Below, in pieces: positions 20,393 through 30,800 of a stretch of 64,000 bases of DNA. The stretch covers positions 5,821 through 69,820 of the forward strand of contig JBMLOQ010000130.1 in the NCBI GenBank assembly GCA_049242885.1, read 5' to 3'. The DNA comes from Chitinophagaceae bacterium (GTDB lineage: Bacteria; Bacteroidota; Bacteroidia; Chitinophagales; Chitinophagaceae). Each line of letters opens with the position of its first letter. Position 1 is the first letter of the stretch. The translations under genes and the position numbers were made by a program. A model generated the notes under the pieces. That model worked only from the letters and a program-made list of their open reading frames with translations, did not search any database and was not told the DNA's origin.

Positions 20393-21370
20393 TTATCGAG
20401 GAATTTCTATTTGTTGAATAATTTGTTGTATTACTTCATTTGCAGTAATGCCCTCCATTTCTTTTTCTGGTGTTAATATTACTCTATGTCGTAGAACATA
20501 AGGTGCAACATAAACAACATCTTCTGGTGTTACAAAATCTCTTCCATTCATAGCAGCTATAGCTTTTGATGCATTCATTAAAGCAATGGAAGCTCTTGGG
20601 GAAGCTCCCAAATAAATTGACTTATAGTTACGAGTAGTTGTAGTAATAGAAGTAATAAACTTTATAAGTTTTTCATCAATTATTATTTGCTTTATTGTGT
20701 TTCTAATTGCTTCAATATCATTAGCTGTTAAAACACTATTAATATCTTCAAAAACATTTTTACTACCAAGTTTATTGAAATTTGATAGGATATTAGTTTC
20801 TTGTTCTGCCGTAGGATATGGTACAGAAATTTTAAATAAAAATCTGTCTAACTGAGCTTCTGGCAAACGATATGTACCTTCATATTCAATTGGATTTTGA
20901 GTAGCAATTACCATAAATGGTGGTGGCATTTTATACGTTTTTCCATCCATAGTTACTTGCCTTTCTTCCATAACTTCAAACAATGCAGCTTGAGTTTTTG
21001 CTGGGCTTCTATTTATTTCATCAATCAAAACAATATTACTAAATATTGGGCCAGGTTTAAACTCAAAATTTTGTTCTTTAGGATTAAAGATTGATGTACC
21101 CAATACATCACTTGGCATAAGGTCTGGGGTAAACTGTATTCTACTAAATTGTACATCAATGCTTTTGGCTACAAGCCTAGCTGTCATTGTTTTTGCAACA
21201 CCTGGAGCACCTTCAATTATTACATGTCCATCAGCTAAAATAGCAGCTACTAGCATTCTTACCATATCATCTTGCCCAACAATTACTTTTCTTATTTCAT
21301 TGTTAAGATTTACTACTGCTTGTTGCACATGTTGCAAATCTAGCCTTTGCTCAAAAACATTTTCTTCCAT
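20393..21370 (-). CDS. MoxR-family AAA+ ATPase
   Basis: Walker A GAPGVAKT, Walker B LIDEINR, and ATQNPIEYEGTYRLPEAQLDRF typical of MoxR/RavA-like proteins. Confidence 0.9.
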   Translation of the reverse strand: MEENVFEQRLDLQHVQQAVVNLNNEIRKVIVGQDDMVRMLVAAILADGHVIIEGAPGVAKTMTARLVAKSIDVQFSRIQFTPDLMPSDVLGTSIFNPKEQNFEFKPGPIFSNIVLIDEINRSPAKTQAALFEVMEERQVTMDGKTYKMPPPFMVIATQNPIEYEGTYRLPEAQLDRFLFKISVPYPTAEQETNILSNFNKLGSKNVFEDINSVLTANDIEAIRNTIKQIIIDEKLIKFITSITTTTRNYKSIYLGASPRASIALMNASKAIAAMNGRDFVTPEDVVYVAPYVLRHRVILTPEKEMEGITANEVIQQIIQQIEIPR

Positions 21371-21375
21371 ATTTA

Positions 21376-22596
21376 TTAAGTTGTTGTGTGATTATAAAAT
21401 TGTTGAAATTGTAAATAAAACCTATTTAAAGAAACTTCATTGATATATTTATTAGTTTTAATTTCTGTGATACTATTAACTAATTCTTTTATTTTTTCTT
21501 CTTCGTATCCAGATTTTCCGCTTAGTTTAGTTACAAAATTTTCATCCAAAATACTAGTATTTAACAAGTATTTGTTGCGAACATGTTCTAAAAAATAGGT
21601 TGCCATTTTTTGAGCAAGATTAGCATGATCTTTTTGCTCATAATATAACCTTCCAATAGTTTTAGCAAACTCAATACTATCGTTTGTTGGTGGTGGAATA
21701 TGTTTTATATAACGCTGTTTTCGTTTTATATTTATTAGTCCGTATAAAATTCCCATTAAAATTAATAACCAAAATGCCCACTTAAAAGCAGGATAACTAA
21801 ATAGTATTCTTAAAGGTGAATCGTTTTTAGAAGTCTCCTTTTTTTGTGGATTAAAGTAATATTCATCCCAAATAAATTTATTTGCGTCGCTAGGCAACAA
21901 GGCTAAACATTTTTGCAAATAATCACTATTACCTTCTTTTAGAATAAAGTAGTTGGTAAACAAAAAAGGATCGGTGTGTAAATACAAATTTCCTTCACCA
22001 ATTTTTAGAGCTATAAAATTTGGTTGTTTTTTATGATTTTCTCCAACAACAAGTGCTTTTGAAGTATCATACTTCACTACTCCTGTACTACTAGAAAACC
22101 CATAATTTAAGTAAGTGGTATCAGTTTTAAACAAAGGAGTCTTAAGGTATGTATTTACACTATCTGAATAATTTGCAAATCCAAATAAGTTGAATCCATA
22201 TTCATTAAAATCGACATCAAAAAAGGTTTTAGTAGCTTCATTAAACTTAGCAGAACTTATAAAAACAGTATTTCCCTGATAAACAAATGACTCAATCAAC
22301 TTAAGCTCATATTCTGATGGCTCAAATTGTTTGGTATGAATAAACAAAATATTGTCGCCATTTTTAACACTATCTTCATAGCACCAAAACCCAGGAGATT
22401 TTGCATTTACAACAAATCGCTTGTTAGGATATAGTTGTTTTAAACTATTGTACAACACTTTTGTACCATAAGGGCGAGTGTCGTTTTTTTTGAAAGTTGT
22501 TTTTTTATCGAATTCCTTATCTTTTTTGTTATTTACAATTACATAAATACCAGCAAGTAGCAATAAAATAGGGAGCAAATAAATTAGCTTTTTCAT
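21376..22596 (-). CDS. DUF4350-like membrane-anchored protein
   Basis: N-terminal TM, then DTRPYGTKVLYNSLKQL, plus a second TM near residue 280. The position between DUF4129 and MoxR matches the conserved module. Confidence 0.55.
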   Translation of the reverse strand: MKKLIYLLPILLLLAGIYVIVNNKKDKEFDKKTTFKKNDTRPYGTKVLYNSLKQLYPNKRFVVNAKSPGFWCYEDSVKNGDNILFIHTKQFEPSEYELKLIESFVYQGNTVFISSAKFNEATKTFFDVDFNEYGFNLFGFANYSDSVNTYLKTPLFKTDTTYLNYGFSSSTGVVKYDTSKALVVGENHKKQPNFIALKIGEGNLYLHTDPFLFTNYFILKEGNSDYLQKCLALLPSDANKFIWDEYYFNPQKKETSKNDSPLRILFSYPAFKWAFWLLILMGILYGLINIKRKQRYIKHIPPPTNDSIEFAKTIGRLYYEQKDHANLAQKMATYFLEHVRNKYLLNTSILDENFVTKLSGKSGYEEEKIKELVNSITEIKTNKYINEVSLNRFYLQFQQFYNHTTT

Positions 22597-22598
22597 GA

Positions 22599-23411
22599 TT
22601 ACTGTATTTGTTTTTTTAGGTTTAAAAATACAGTTTCAATAATAAAATATTGGTCTTTGTTAAGTTCAAAATCGCCATACCAAACAAATTCATAATTACG
22701 AGTAGCTTTAGCAAAATCTTTATATAAATTGGTATTTCCAAGGCTCACTAAATAATCGAAGTTTGTTTTTTCTTTGCTATAAATAATTTTTCCTTGTTGG
22801 TGCAAAAGCAATAAAATGTGTAAATAATGTAATCTTGTGGCTAAAGGAAAGTCGTTGCTATTTTTAGCTAATTCTATAGCTTTATCAAAATCAGTTTCAA
22901 AAATATTTTCTTCTTTAGTTTCATTTGTGCTGGCATCATTTACATTTCTAGATTTCCTTTTGAAAAAGCTAATATTGTTTTCATTAAAAAACAAAACAAG
23001 AACTGTTATAGCTACCCCAATTATTAAAGTCCAAATAATAATTCTAAATGCTAAACTTGCAAAGAAAGTACTCCAAAAACCATTGTTGTTTTGAACATTA
23101 TTTTTTTTGGTTTTGTCTTTAAACACTGCATTTACATACCAATATTCTTCTTGATTTTTTAACTTATTTAAAGTATCTGTTAAATTATTAATTGGTAGAT
23201 AAGGATAATTTGCACTATCTATATAATATAAATGAGCTTTATAAATAGAGTCTTCGTTTTCAATTACAGTCTCATCCTCCAATGTTTCATCATCTCCATC
23301 ATTTGGAGTAACTTCTATTTTTGTGCTGTCTTCAATTATTTTCGCTTCTTGAGCAATAGCTGAAAATACTCCAAATAATAAAAAAAATAAAATAAATAAT
23401 TTTGCTTTCAT
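22599..23411 (-). CDS. DUF4129-like protein
   Basis: Signal/TM, central TM, and a C-terminal ATRLHYLHILLLLHQQGKIIYSKEKTNFDY pattern like DUF4129. The start overlaps the upstream stop by 1 nt. Confidence 0.55.
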   Translation of the reverse strand: MKAKLFILFFLLFGVFSAIAQEAKIIEDSTKIEVTPNDGDDETLEDETVIENEDSIYKAHLYYIDSANYPYLPINNLTDTLNKLKNQEEYWYVNAVFKDKTKKNNVQNNNGFWSTFFASLAFRIIIWTLIIGVAITVLVLFFNENNISFFKRKSRNVNDASTNETKEENIFETDFDKAIELAKNSNDFPLATRLHYLHILLLLHQQGKIIYSKEKTNFDYLVSLGNTNLYKDFAKATRNYEFVWYGDFELNKDQYFIIETVFLNLKKQIQ

Positions 23412-24376
23412 TAAACTGTAACGCTGTTAATTTTTGAAAACTTTTTTTTAACTTTTAATGGATAAATCCCAAAATAAAAAATCATAAAAGAAGCAGATGC
23501 TAATAAAATACTGGCACTAATAATGGGATTCATTTTGTAATGTCTGGTTACAAAACCTTCAAAAAAAGCTGCAATTATAAAAATGGGTACTAATCCTATA
23601 ATTATTTTAAGTGATTCTTTTGCTCCTATTTTAAATGCTTCTAATCTGTTTAATGTACCTGGAAACATCCAACTTTTCCCCAAAACTACACTTGCTGCAA
23701 CAGCAATTACAATGGCACTTAACTCTAAAGTACCATGTATCATTACAGTTAGTATAAATAAACCACCTAATCCTTTTGAATAGAAAAAGTAATCGAAGCT
23801 ACCCACCATTAATCCATTTTCAATAAGATTTACAGGTGCATACCAAAAGAAAGCTAACCCTTGTAAATAATAAATAAAAGAGACTTTTGTGTTGTTTATA
23901 AAAATGCCCAACCACATTAATAAAGGATTATCTCGCTGATAAACTCCAAATGGATTTCCATCAGCAATATTTTTTTCTGTCATTCTAAGATATTCATCTC
24001 CCAAAATATCGGCTACAATGGTTTCATCTTTCATAGCACTAAAAAATCCTACAAAAAAGAAAACTAAAAAAAGAATAAAACAAATACCTATTACTTTTTG
24101 GTGTTTGGCTATTGTTAGGGGTAAACTAGTTTTAAAAAAATATACTATTTTGTTTTGGTCTTCTTTTCTATTACTATAAATAGTTAAATATCTTTTACTA
24201 GCTTCTGCATTTAAAAAATTTGTAACCTTGCTATGTGGGTAAAAGGTTTTAGCAAAACCTAAATCTTCAACTAAAGAAGTAAATTCGTTGGCCATTTCAT
24301 CAATATCGTTTGATGGATGGTGTGCAATGTTTTCCCAACGGTCTTTATTTTTTTTTATAAATAGTGCTTCTCTCAA
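23411..24376 (-). CDS. SpoIIM-like (stage II sporulation protein M family) integral membrane protein
   Basis: Multi-TM with the HGTLELSAIVIA motif. The N-terminus MREALFIKKNKDRWE looks like the family. Apparent TTG start. Confidence 0.65.
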   Translation of the reverse strand: MREALFIKKNKDRWENIAHHPSNDIDEMANEFTSLVEDLGFAKTFYPHSKVTNFLNAEASKRYLTIYSNRKEDQNKIVYFFKTSLPLTIAKHQKVIGICFILFLVFFFVGFFSAMKDETIVADILGDEYLRMTEKNIADGNPFGVYQRDNPLLMWLGIFINNTKVSFIYYLQGLAFFWYAPVNLIENGLMVGSFDYFFYSKGLGGLFILTVMIHGTLELSAIVIAVAASVVLGKSWMFPGTLNRLEAFKIGAKESLKIIIGLVPIFIIAAFFEGFVTRHYKMNPIISASILLASASFMIFYFGIYPLKVKKKFSKINSVTV

Positions 24377-24452
24377 CTGGTTTGTGATTAAACTGTATGA
24401 GTAGCAATATTAGGATTAAAATTTAGTATAAAAATATTTTTATTTGCAAGTA

Positions 24453-25373
24453 ATGACAATTGAAAATTTAAAACTTAGTGTAGTAATTTGCAGCTACAAT
24501 AGAGCAAAATATATTGCCAATGCAATGGAAAGTTTGTACAACCAAACAATTGATAAATCGTTGTACGAAGTATTTGTTGTAGATAATAACAGCACTGATA
24601 ATACAAAAGAGATTTGCCAAAATTATATTACCAAAAATACTGATTTTAACATTAGTTATATAGAAGAAAAGCGACAAGGAGCCACCTATGCACGCAATAC
24701 AGGTGCAGCTTTGGCCAAAGGAAAGTATTTAGTTTTTATGGATGATGATGCCGAAGCCAATGTTGATTTTTTAGAAAGAATTCTTCTTTTTTTTAAAAAT
24801 AACCCCAATGCAGATGGTGTTGGTGGACGAATTATTCCTTTATACATACCAGAAGAGCCAAAGTGGATGAGTTACTATGTTTCTAGCCTTGTAGGAAATT
24901 TTGATTATAGCAACACTGTAAAAGAATTTGCACCCGAAAAATTTCCTTTAGAAAGCAATATGGTAACTCCTAAACAGCTTTTTGATGAAGTGGGTGGTTT
25001 TGATGAAAATTTATTAGGCGTAGTGGGCACTTTACGAATTGGCGGAGAGAGTAAAGGATATCATATAAAGCTCCAAAAAATGGGTAAAAAAATTTATTAC
25101 GATCCAACTATAATTGTGCGACATGTAATTGAAACTGAAAAACTTACTAGAGCCTATATGTATAGAGTTGCAAGTGGTATTGGGCGTGGAGAACGTGCAA
25201 GAACTTTAGCTATTGGCTATTGGAGTTTTATTAAAAAGAATATGGAATACTTTGTTAAGTGGGGAGCATCAATTATTTTGGCAATAAAGTATATTTTAAA
25301 AGGTAATCCTTCGCAGGCCCTTCCCATAATACAATTTAGAAATGATGCTTTTTTAGGCCTTTGGGGAAAGTAA
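24453..25373 (+). CDS. family 2 glycosyltransferase
   Basis: LSVVICSYNR...VVDNNSTD...FMDDD are GT-A motifs. The track start at 24444 is TTG, and the ATG at 24453 is preferred. Confidence 0.85.
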   Translation: MTIENLKLSVVICSYNRAKYIANAMESLYNQTIDKSLYEVFVVDNNSTDNTKEICQNYITKNTDFNISYIEEKRQGATYARNTGAALAKGKYLVFMDDDAEANVDFLERILLFFKNNPNADGVGGRIIPLYIPEEPKWMSYYVSSLVGNFDYSNTVKEFAPEKFPLESNMVTPKQLFDEVGGFDENLLGVVGTLRIGGESKGYHIKLQKMGKKIYYDPTIIVRHVIETEKLTRAYMYRVASGIGRGERARTLAIGYWSFIKKNMEYFVKWGASIILAIKYILKGNPSQALPIIQFRNDAFLGLWGK

Positions 25374-25545
25374 AATTTCAACTATTTAAAACTGTAATAT
25401 TTTGCAAAAACACAAGTAATTTAGATTGACAATTTACTATCATTAATTTTTAATCTACAATACTAAGTTATCGTACAAAACAGTTTACAAACAACAAATA
25501 GTACATTATAAATCAACTAACTAATCTTTTTGTCAAATTTTAGGC

Positions 25546-25574
25546 AAAAAAAAGTCTCACTTTTCAGTGAGACC
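25546..25574 (-). terminator. intrinsic terminator of tRNA-Val
   Basis: Minus-strand GGTCTCACT-GAAA-AGTGAGAC followed by T8, directly after the tRNA 3' end. Confidence 0.65.
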
Positions 25575-25577
25575 TTG

Positions 25578-25652
25578 TGGGAGTTGACGGAGTCGAACCG
25601 CCGACCCTCTGCTTGTAAGGCAGATGCTCTAAACCAACTGAGCTAAACTCCC
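25578..25652 (-). tRNA. tRNA-Val (anticodon TAC)
   Basis: Hand-folded cloverleaf. Acceptor GGGAGTT/AACTCCC, D stem GCTC/GAGC, anticodon stem TCTGC/GCAGA with loop CTTACAA, T stem GGCGG/CCGTC with loop TTCGACT, discriminator A. CCA is not encoded. 75 nt. Confidence 0.95.
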
Positions 25653-25700
25653 TTTTTTGTTTTTAACCGATAAAAACTGTTACTTTTTTCGATTGGAGTG

Positions 25701-25708
25701 CAAATATA
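25701..25708 (-). promoter_or_regulatory. candidate -7 promoter box (TATATTTG) for tRNA-Val
   Basis: Minus-strand TATATTTGCACTCCAATCGAAAAAA about 50 nt upstream of the tRNA. It shares an extended motif with the rpsJ promoter. Confidence 0.45.
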
Positions 25709-25840
25709 GAAGTTCAATTAATTCCACCAAATTTTGAACTCTTTTTTTAAAAAAATAATTTCAACCCTAAAATTAATACAATGTTAAAATACAAACTCTA
25801 ATAATTCATACACATTAAATTTACACCCAAAATTTACTCA

Positions 25841-27490
25841 ATGATTAAATCTTTATTTACAAAAGCATTACTAATTTTTAGCATTACAGCGGTAGCACAA
25901 CAAAATTCATTACCTCAAAACTGGCATTTATTAAGCAAACAAAAAGATGGATTCTATGGAATTAACTTAGACTCTGCTTATAAATTATTAGCTAAAAACA
26001 AAAAAATATCTAAACCTATAATTGTTGCAATTCTAGACAGTGGAATTGATACTGCACACGAAGATTTAAAAAATGTACTATGGACAAACAATCAAGAAAT
26101 TCCAAACAACAATAAAGATGATGATGGAAATGGTTACATAGACGATGTTTATGGCTGGAACTTTTTGGGTAATAAAAATGGAGAACAAATTAAAAATGCA
26201 TCCAGCGAAAAAGTAAGAATGTATCACGAATTTAAACAAAAGTTTGAAGGTGCTATTGATACCAATCAACTAAATATTATTGATAAACATATCTATCAAA
26301 ATTGGCTAGCAACAAAAAAAGAATTAAATCCATCAACAGAAGAATTGATGAATTTAATGATTATGGAGAATATTTATAAAAGGTTAAAAGCCCAAGGCAA
26401 GTTACTTACAGATGAAATGAAAGTTGCAGATTTTACAATTGACTCCCTCGAAAAATACAAACCACAAACTGCAGAAACCAAAGATGCCAAACTAAGAGTT
26501 ATATCGGTATATAAACTTTTTCAATTAGACAATTCTGAATCATTCTCAAACTTAATAACACAGCTCGAAAGTGAAATTGAAAGTAAAAATAAAAATAATG
26601 AAGGCTCCAAAAAAGCCCCAGAAAATACTCGTCTAAAAATTGTACAAGACGATTATTACAATATTAATGATAAGTTTTATGGCAACAATAATGTTAAAGG
26701 ACCAGGCCCAATGCACGGCACTCATGTTGCCGGAATTGTAGCTTCTCAAAGAGATAATTCCATTGGTAGTGAAGGAGTTGCAAACAATGTTAAACTTATG
26801 GCTTTAAGAGTTGTACCTGATGGGGATGAGTATGATAAAGATGTAGCACTTGCCATTTTTTATGCTGTTGATAATGGTGCTAAGGTTATAAATATGAGCT
26901 TTGGCAAACCTTTTTCGCCCCAAAAATATTGGGTTGACAGTGCTATACAATATGCTGCAAAAAAGGATGTGCTCTTAATTCACAGTGCAGGAAATGATGC
27001 TAAAAATATTGATGAGGAAAACAGCTACCCTACCTCGTTTTACTTAAACAAAACAAAAGCTCCAAATTATATTACAGTTGGTGCAAGTACAGATCCTTCA
27101 ATATCAAAGGAAACTGTTATTGCCGACTTTAGCAACTACGGTGCAAACAATGTTGATGTTTTTGCACCTGGGGTGAAAATTTATAGCACCTTACCTCATT
27201 TTAATAATTATGGAAGGCAACAAGGTACGAGTATGAGTGGACCTGTTGTAGCTGGACTTGCAGGACTACTTAGAGGAAACTTCCCATGGCTTACTGCTGT
27301 AGAAACTAAAAAAATTATTGAAGAAACCGTTTATAAACCATCAGAAGATTTGATAAATATCCCATCAGACAAAAATGAAAAATGCAAATTTACTAGGCTT
27401 TGTAAAACTGGTGGAATTGTTGATGCTGGTGCTGCTGTAGCAAAAGCTATTGAACTAGAAAAACAAATGTTAAAAAAGAAAAAGAATTAA
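25841..27490 (+). CDS. S8 family (subtilisin-like) serine peptidase, secreted
   Basis: Catalytic triad motifs AILDSGID, HGTHVAGI and GTSMSGP. Signal peptide present. Confidence 0.9.
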   Translation: MIKSLFTKALLIFSITAVAQQNSLPQNWHLLSKQKDGFYGINLDSAYKLLAKNKKISKPIIVAILDSGIDTAHEDLKNVLWTNNQEIPNNNKDDDGNGYIDDVYGWNFLGNKNGEQIKNASSEKVRMYHEFKQKFEGAIDTNQLNIIDKHIYQNWLATKKELNPSTEELMNLMIMENIYKRLKAQGKLLTDEMKVADFTIDSLEKYKPQTAETKDAKLRVISVYKLFQLDNSESFSNLITQLESEIESKNKNNEGSKKAPENTRLKIVQDDYYNINDKFYGNNNVKGPGPMHGTHVAGIVASQRDNSIGSEGVANNVKLMALRVVPDGDEYDKDVALAIFYAVDNGAKVINMSFGKPFSPQKYWVDSAIQYAAKKDVLLIHSAGNDAKNIDEENSYPTSFYLNKTKAPNYITVGASTDPSISKETVIADFSNYGANNVDVFAPGVKIYSTLPHFNNYGRQQGTSMSGPVVAGLAGLLRGNFPWLTAVETKKIIEETVYKPSEDLINIPSDKNEKCKFTRLCKTGGIVDAGAAVAKAIELEKQMLKKKKN

Positions 27491-27573
27491 GATATTTAAA
27501 ATCAACAAAACAATACAAAACAATAATAATCAATAGTTTAAATAATTTTATTTAAAATTAAATTCAATATCAT

Positions 27574-27609
27574 AAAGAGCAAGCACTAAGCTTGCTCTTT
27601 ATTTGTTTT
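27574..27609 (+). terminator. intrinsic terminator
   Basis: AAAGAGCAAGC-ACTAA-GCTTGCTCTTT followed by a T-rich tract, downstream of the S8 peptidase gene. Confidence 0.6.
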
Positions 27610-27805
27610 CCACTTATTAGTCTTATTTATTCACACAACTATGTGGGTAGTTTTTAATACTACATAAACACATTATGTTCGCAGACCCTAGTAAAAAATT
27701 CACCTTTTTTCTTTGGGAATATTTACAATTTAATCTTTTTACAAAACAACGATTGTATTGTAAATCAACAAATTATAACTTTTTGCTTAATATAAATAAC
27801 ATTTT

Positions 27806-30800
27806 ATGAGACTTAAGAGTTTGGAAATGAAAGGTTTTAAAAGTTTTGCCGATAAAACTATTGTAAGTTTTGATGAAGGCATTACTGGCATCATTGGCCC
27901 TAATGGATGTGGTAAAAGCAATATTGTTGATAGCATAAGATGGGTTATTGGTGAGCAAAAAATTAGTCAACTCCGTAGCGAAAACCAAGCAGCTTTGGTT
28001 TTTAATGGTAGCAAAAACAGAAGTGCAAGTGGCCTAGCAGAGGTGAGTTTAACTTTTGAAAATACCAAAAATTTATTGCCAACAGAGTTTTCAACCATAA
28101 CAGTTACTCGAAGATTTTACAAAAATGGTGAAAGTGAATATCGCCTAAACGATGTTCAATGCAGATTAAAAGACATTCATAACCTATTCCTTGACACTGG
28201 AGTAAGTACAGATAGTTATGCCATTATTGAGCTTGGAATGGTTGACGATATTATTAGAGATAAAGAAAATTCTCGTCGCCGAATGTTAGAACAAGCTGCT
28301 GGAATTACCATTTATAAAACCCGCAAAAAAGAAGCTAAAAATAAATTAGATGCTACTGAACAAGATTTAGCTCGTATCGAAGATTTATTATTCGAGATAA
28401 ATAATCAGCTAAAAACCTTAGAAAATCAAGCTAAAAAAGCAGAGAAATATTATGAACTTAAAAAAGAATATAAAGAAATTGCAGTAGAATTAGCCAAAGC
28501 TAGCTTACAAGGGTTTAATATTACTTACAAAGATTTACAAGAACAACAAGAAAGTCAAACCAATATTCGTGTGCAATTAGAAGCTTCAATTGCAACCGAA
28601 GAGGCTGCTTTAGAAGCCGATAAAGTAGGGTTTATAGAAAAAGAAAAAGCCCTACAAAGCATGCAACAAGGCTTTAACGAATTAGTACAAACATTAAGAA
28701 CCAAAGAAAATGAGAAAAATCTTGCTACACAAAAACTTCAATACTTAAAAGAAAAAGAAGAAAGCATTAAAGATTTTTTGGCTAAAGCCGAAGGCCAACT
28801 TCAAGGAATTAATGATGGAATTGAACTTAGTCAAACCCAAATATCTGAGGAAGAAACACGCCTTCAAACCACTCAACAAGAAGTAGAAGCTGCAAGAACA
28901 AAAGCTGATGAGGCTCGTAAAATTGTAGATGAAAAAAGAGGATTGTTAGATAGCAACAGAATGGGTTATCAAGCCATTCAACGTCAACAATTTGATGCAG
29001 AAAAAACTGTGGCTATTGCGGATACTTCTATACAAAATTTACAAAGAAGTGTATATCAACTTACACAAGAAAACACTCAAAGAGAACAACAATTACAACA
29101 ATTGCAAGCAGAATTGCAACAAAAAGAAAATCAACTAACCGAAAAGAAAACTGATTTAGAACAATTACAAGAGCATCAAAACAAAACCAAAGAACAAATT
29201 TTTGAAACTCAGGCAAGCCTAGAAGTTTTAAGAAACAAGTTGAACGATGAAAATAGAACTTTAGATGCTAAACGCAACGAATACAACCTACTTAAAAGTA
29301 TGGTTGATAAAATGGAAGGCTATCCTGAAAGTGTAAAATTTTTACACAATAATGATGGCTGGAACTCTAAAAGCCCAATTCTTAGCGATATTATTTATGT
29401 AAAACCAGAGTTTAGAGCTGCAGTTGAAAATGTATTAGAACCTTACCTAAACTATTATGTTGTAAACAACTTACAAGAAGGTTTGCAAGCTGTAAACTTA
29501 CTTAGCAATCACAAAAAAGGTAAGGCTAACTTTTTTATAAAAGATTTAGTAAGTGAAAGGTCAACAAACTATAACCAACCTGCCAATACCATTAAAGCCT
29601 TGGATGTTATTGAGGTGGATGATGCTTATAAATCTTTAGCAAATCATTTACTAGGCAATGTATTTATTGCCGAAAACGACGATGCACTCGAAAATAGTAA
29701 TGATGCTGTAGTACTCGAAAAAACAGGTAAATATGTTAAAGGCACTTATACTTTAACTGGTGGAAGTGTTGGTTTGTTTGAAGGTAAAAAAATAGGTAGA
29801 GCTAAAAATTTAGAAAAGCTACACGAAGAAATTGTAGCTCAAGAAGTTGTTGTAAATGAGTTAAAAGCAAATATTCAAGCAAAACACAACGAAGTAATTG
29901 GGTACAATGAGCAGCTTAAAGAAAATGTAATTAAGCAAACCGAGCAAGAGATTAATCAACTAATTAATACCGTATTTAGTACAAAAAATAGAATCGAAAA
30001 CATCCAATCTACTTATAATAGTACAGTAGAAAAAATTGAAGATAATCAAGAAAGACTTCATACCGAAAATGACAATATTGCCAATACAAGAACTTTATTG
30101 CTTGAGTTAAATACTAGCATTGCAGAGGCCTTAAGTAACATGAAAGTTATTGAGGATGATTACAAAAATGCCGAACAACTATATAGCAACGAATCGTTTA
30201 CATTCAATCAAAAAAATATTGAACTTACTAAGCAACAAAGCAAAATTGCTGCTTTAAAACAGGAGTTACAATTTAAACAACAACAATTACATAATCTTAC
30301 AGCACAAGTTGAGCAAAACAATACACAATTAAAAGATAGTGTAGAAACTATTGCACAAAACGAATTTTTATTGCAAAGTGCACAAGATGGTTTGGTAGAT
30401 TTACTACGTAATAAAGAAGCAGAAGAAAAGAAGCTAAACGAAGCCGACCAAGCCTATTATCTTTTACGCAATGTGTTGCAAGAAAAAGAAACAGTGCTTC
30501 GCCAACAAGTAAAACAAAAAGAAATTTGTGAGCATAGCTTAGCCGAAATAAAAGACAAATTAAACGAACTTAAACTGCAATTGGCTGGTATGAAAGAGCG
30601 ATTGTATGTTGAGTTTAAAATTAATATTGATGATGTGTTAGACGAAGCTAGAAACACAGAAAGCACATTAGAAGATTTAATTGCTACCAGTGATAGAATG
30701 AAAAAGCGTATGGAAAACATGGGCGAAATAAACCCTACAGCCATAGAAGCTTTTACTGAAATGAAAAAAAGGTATGAGTTTATCTTGGAGCAAAAAAACG

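Noticed and set aside
27491-27805. Possible regulatory RNA or riboswitch in the 315-nt region upstream of smc
   Set aside because: Beyond the S8-peptidase terminator there are only short weak stems (ATGTG/CACAT, GTAG/CTAC). There is no GC-enriched core and no recognisable riboswitch box.
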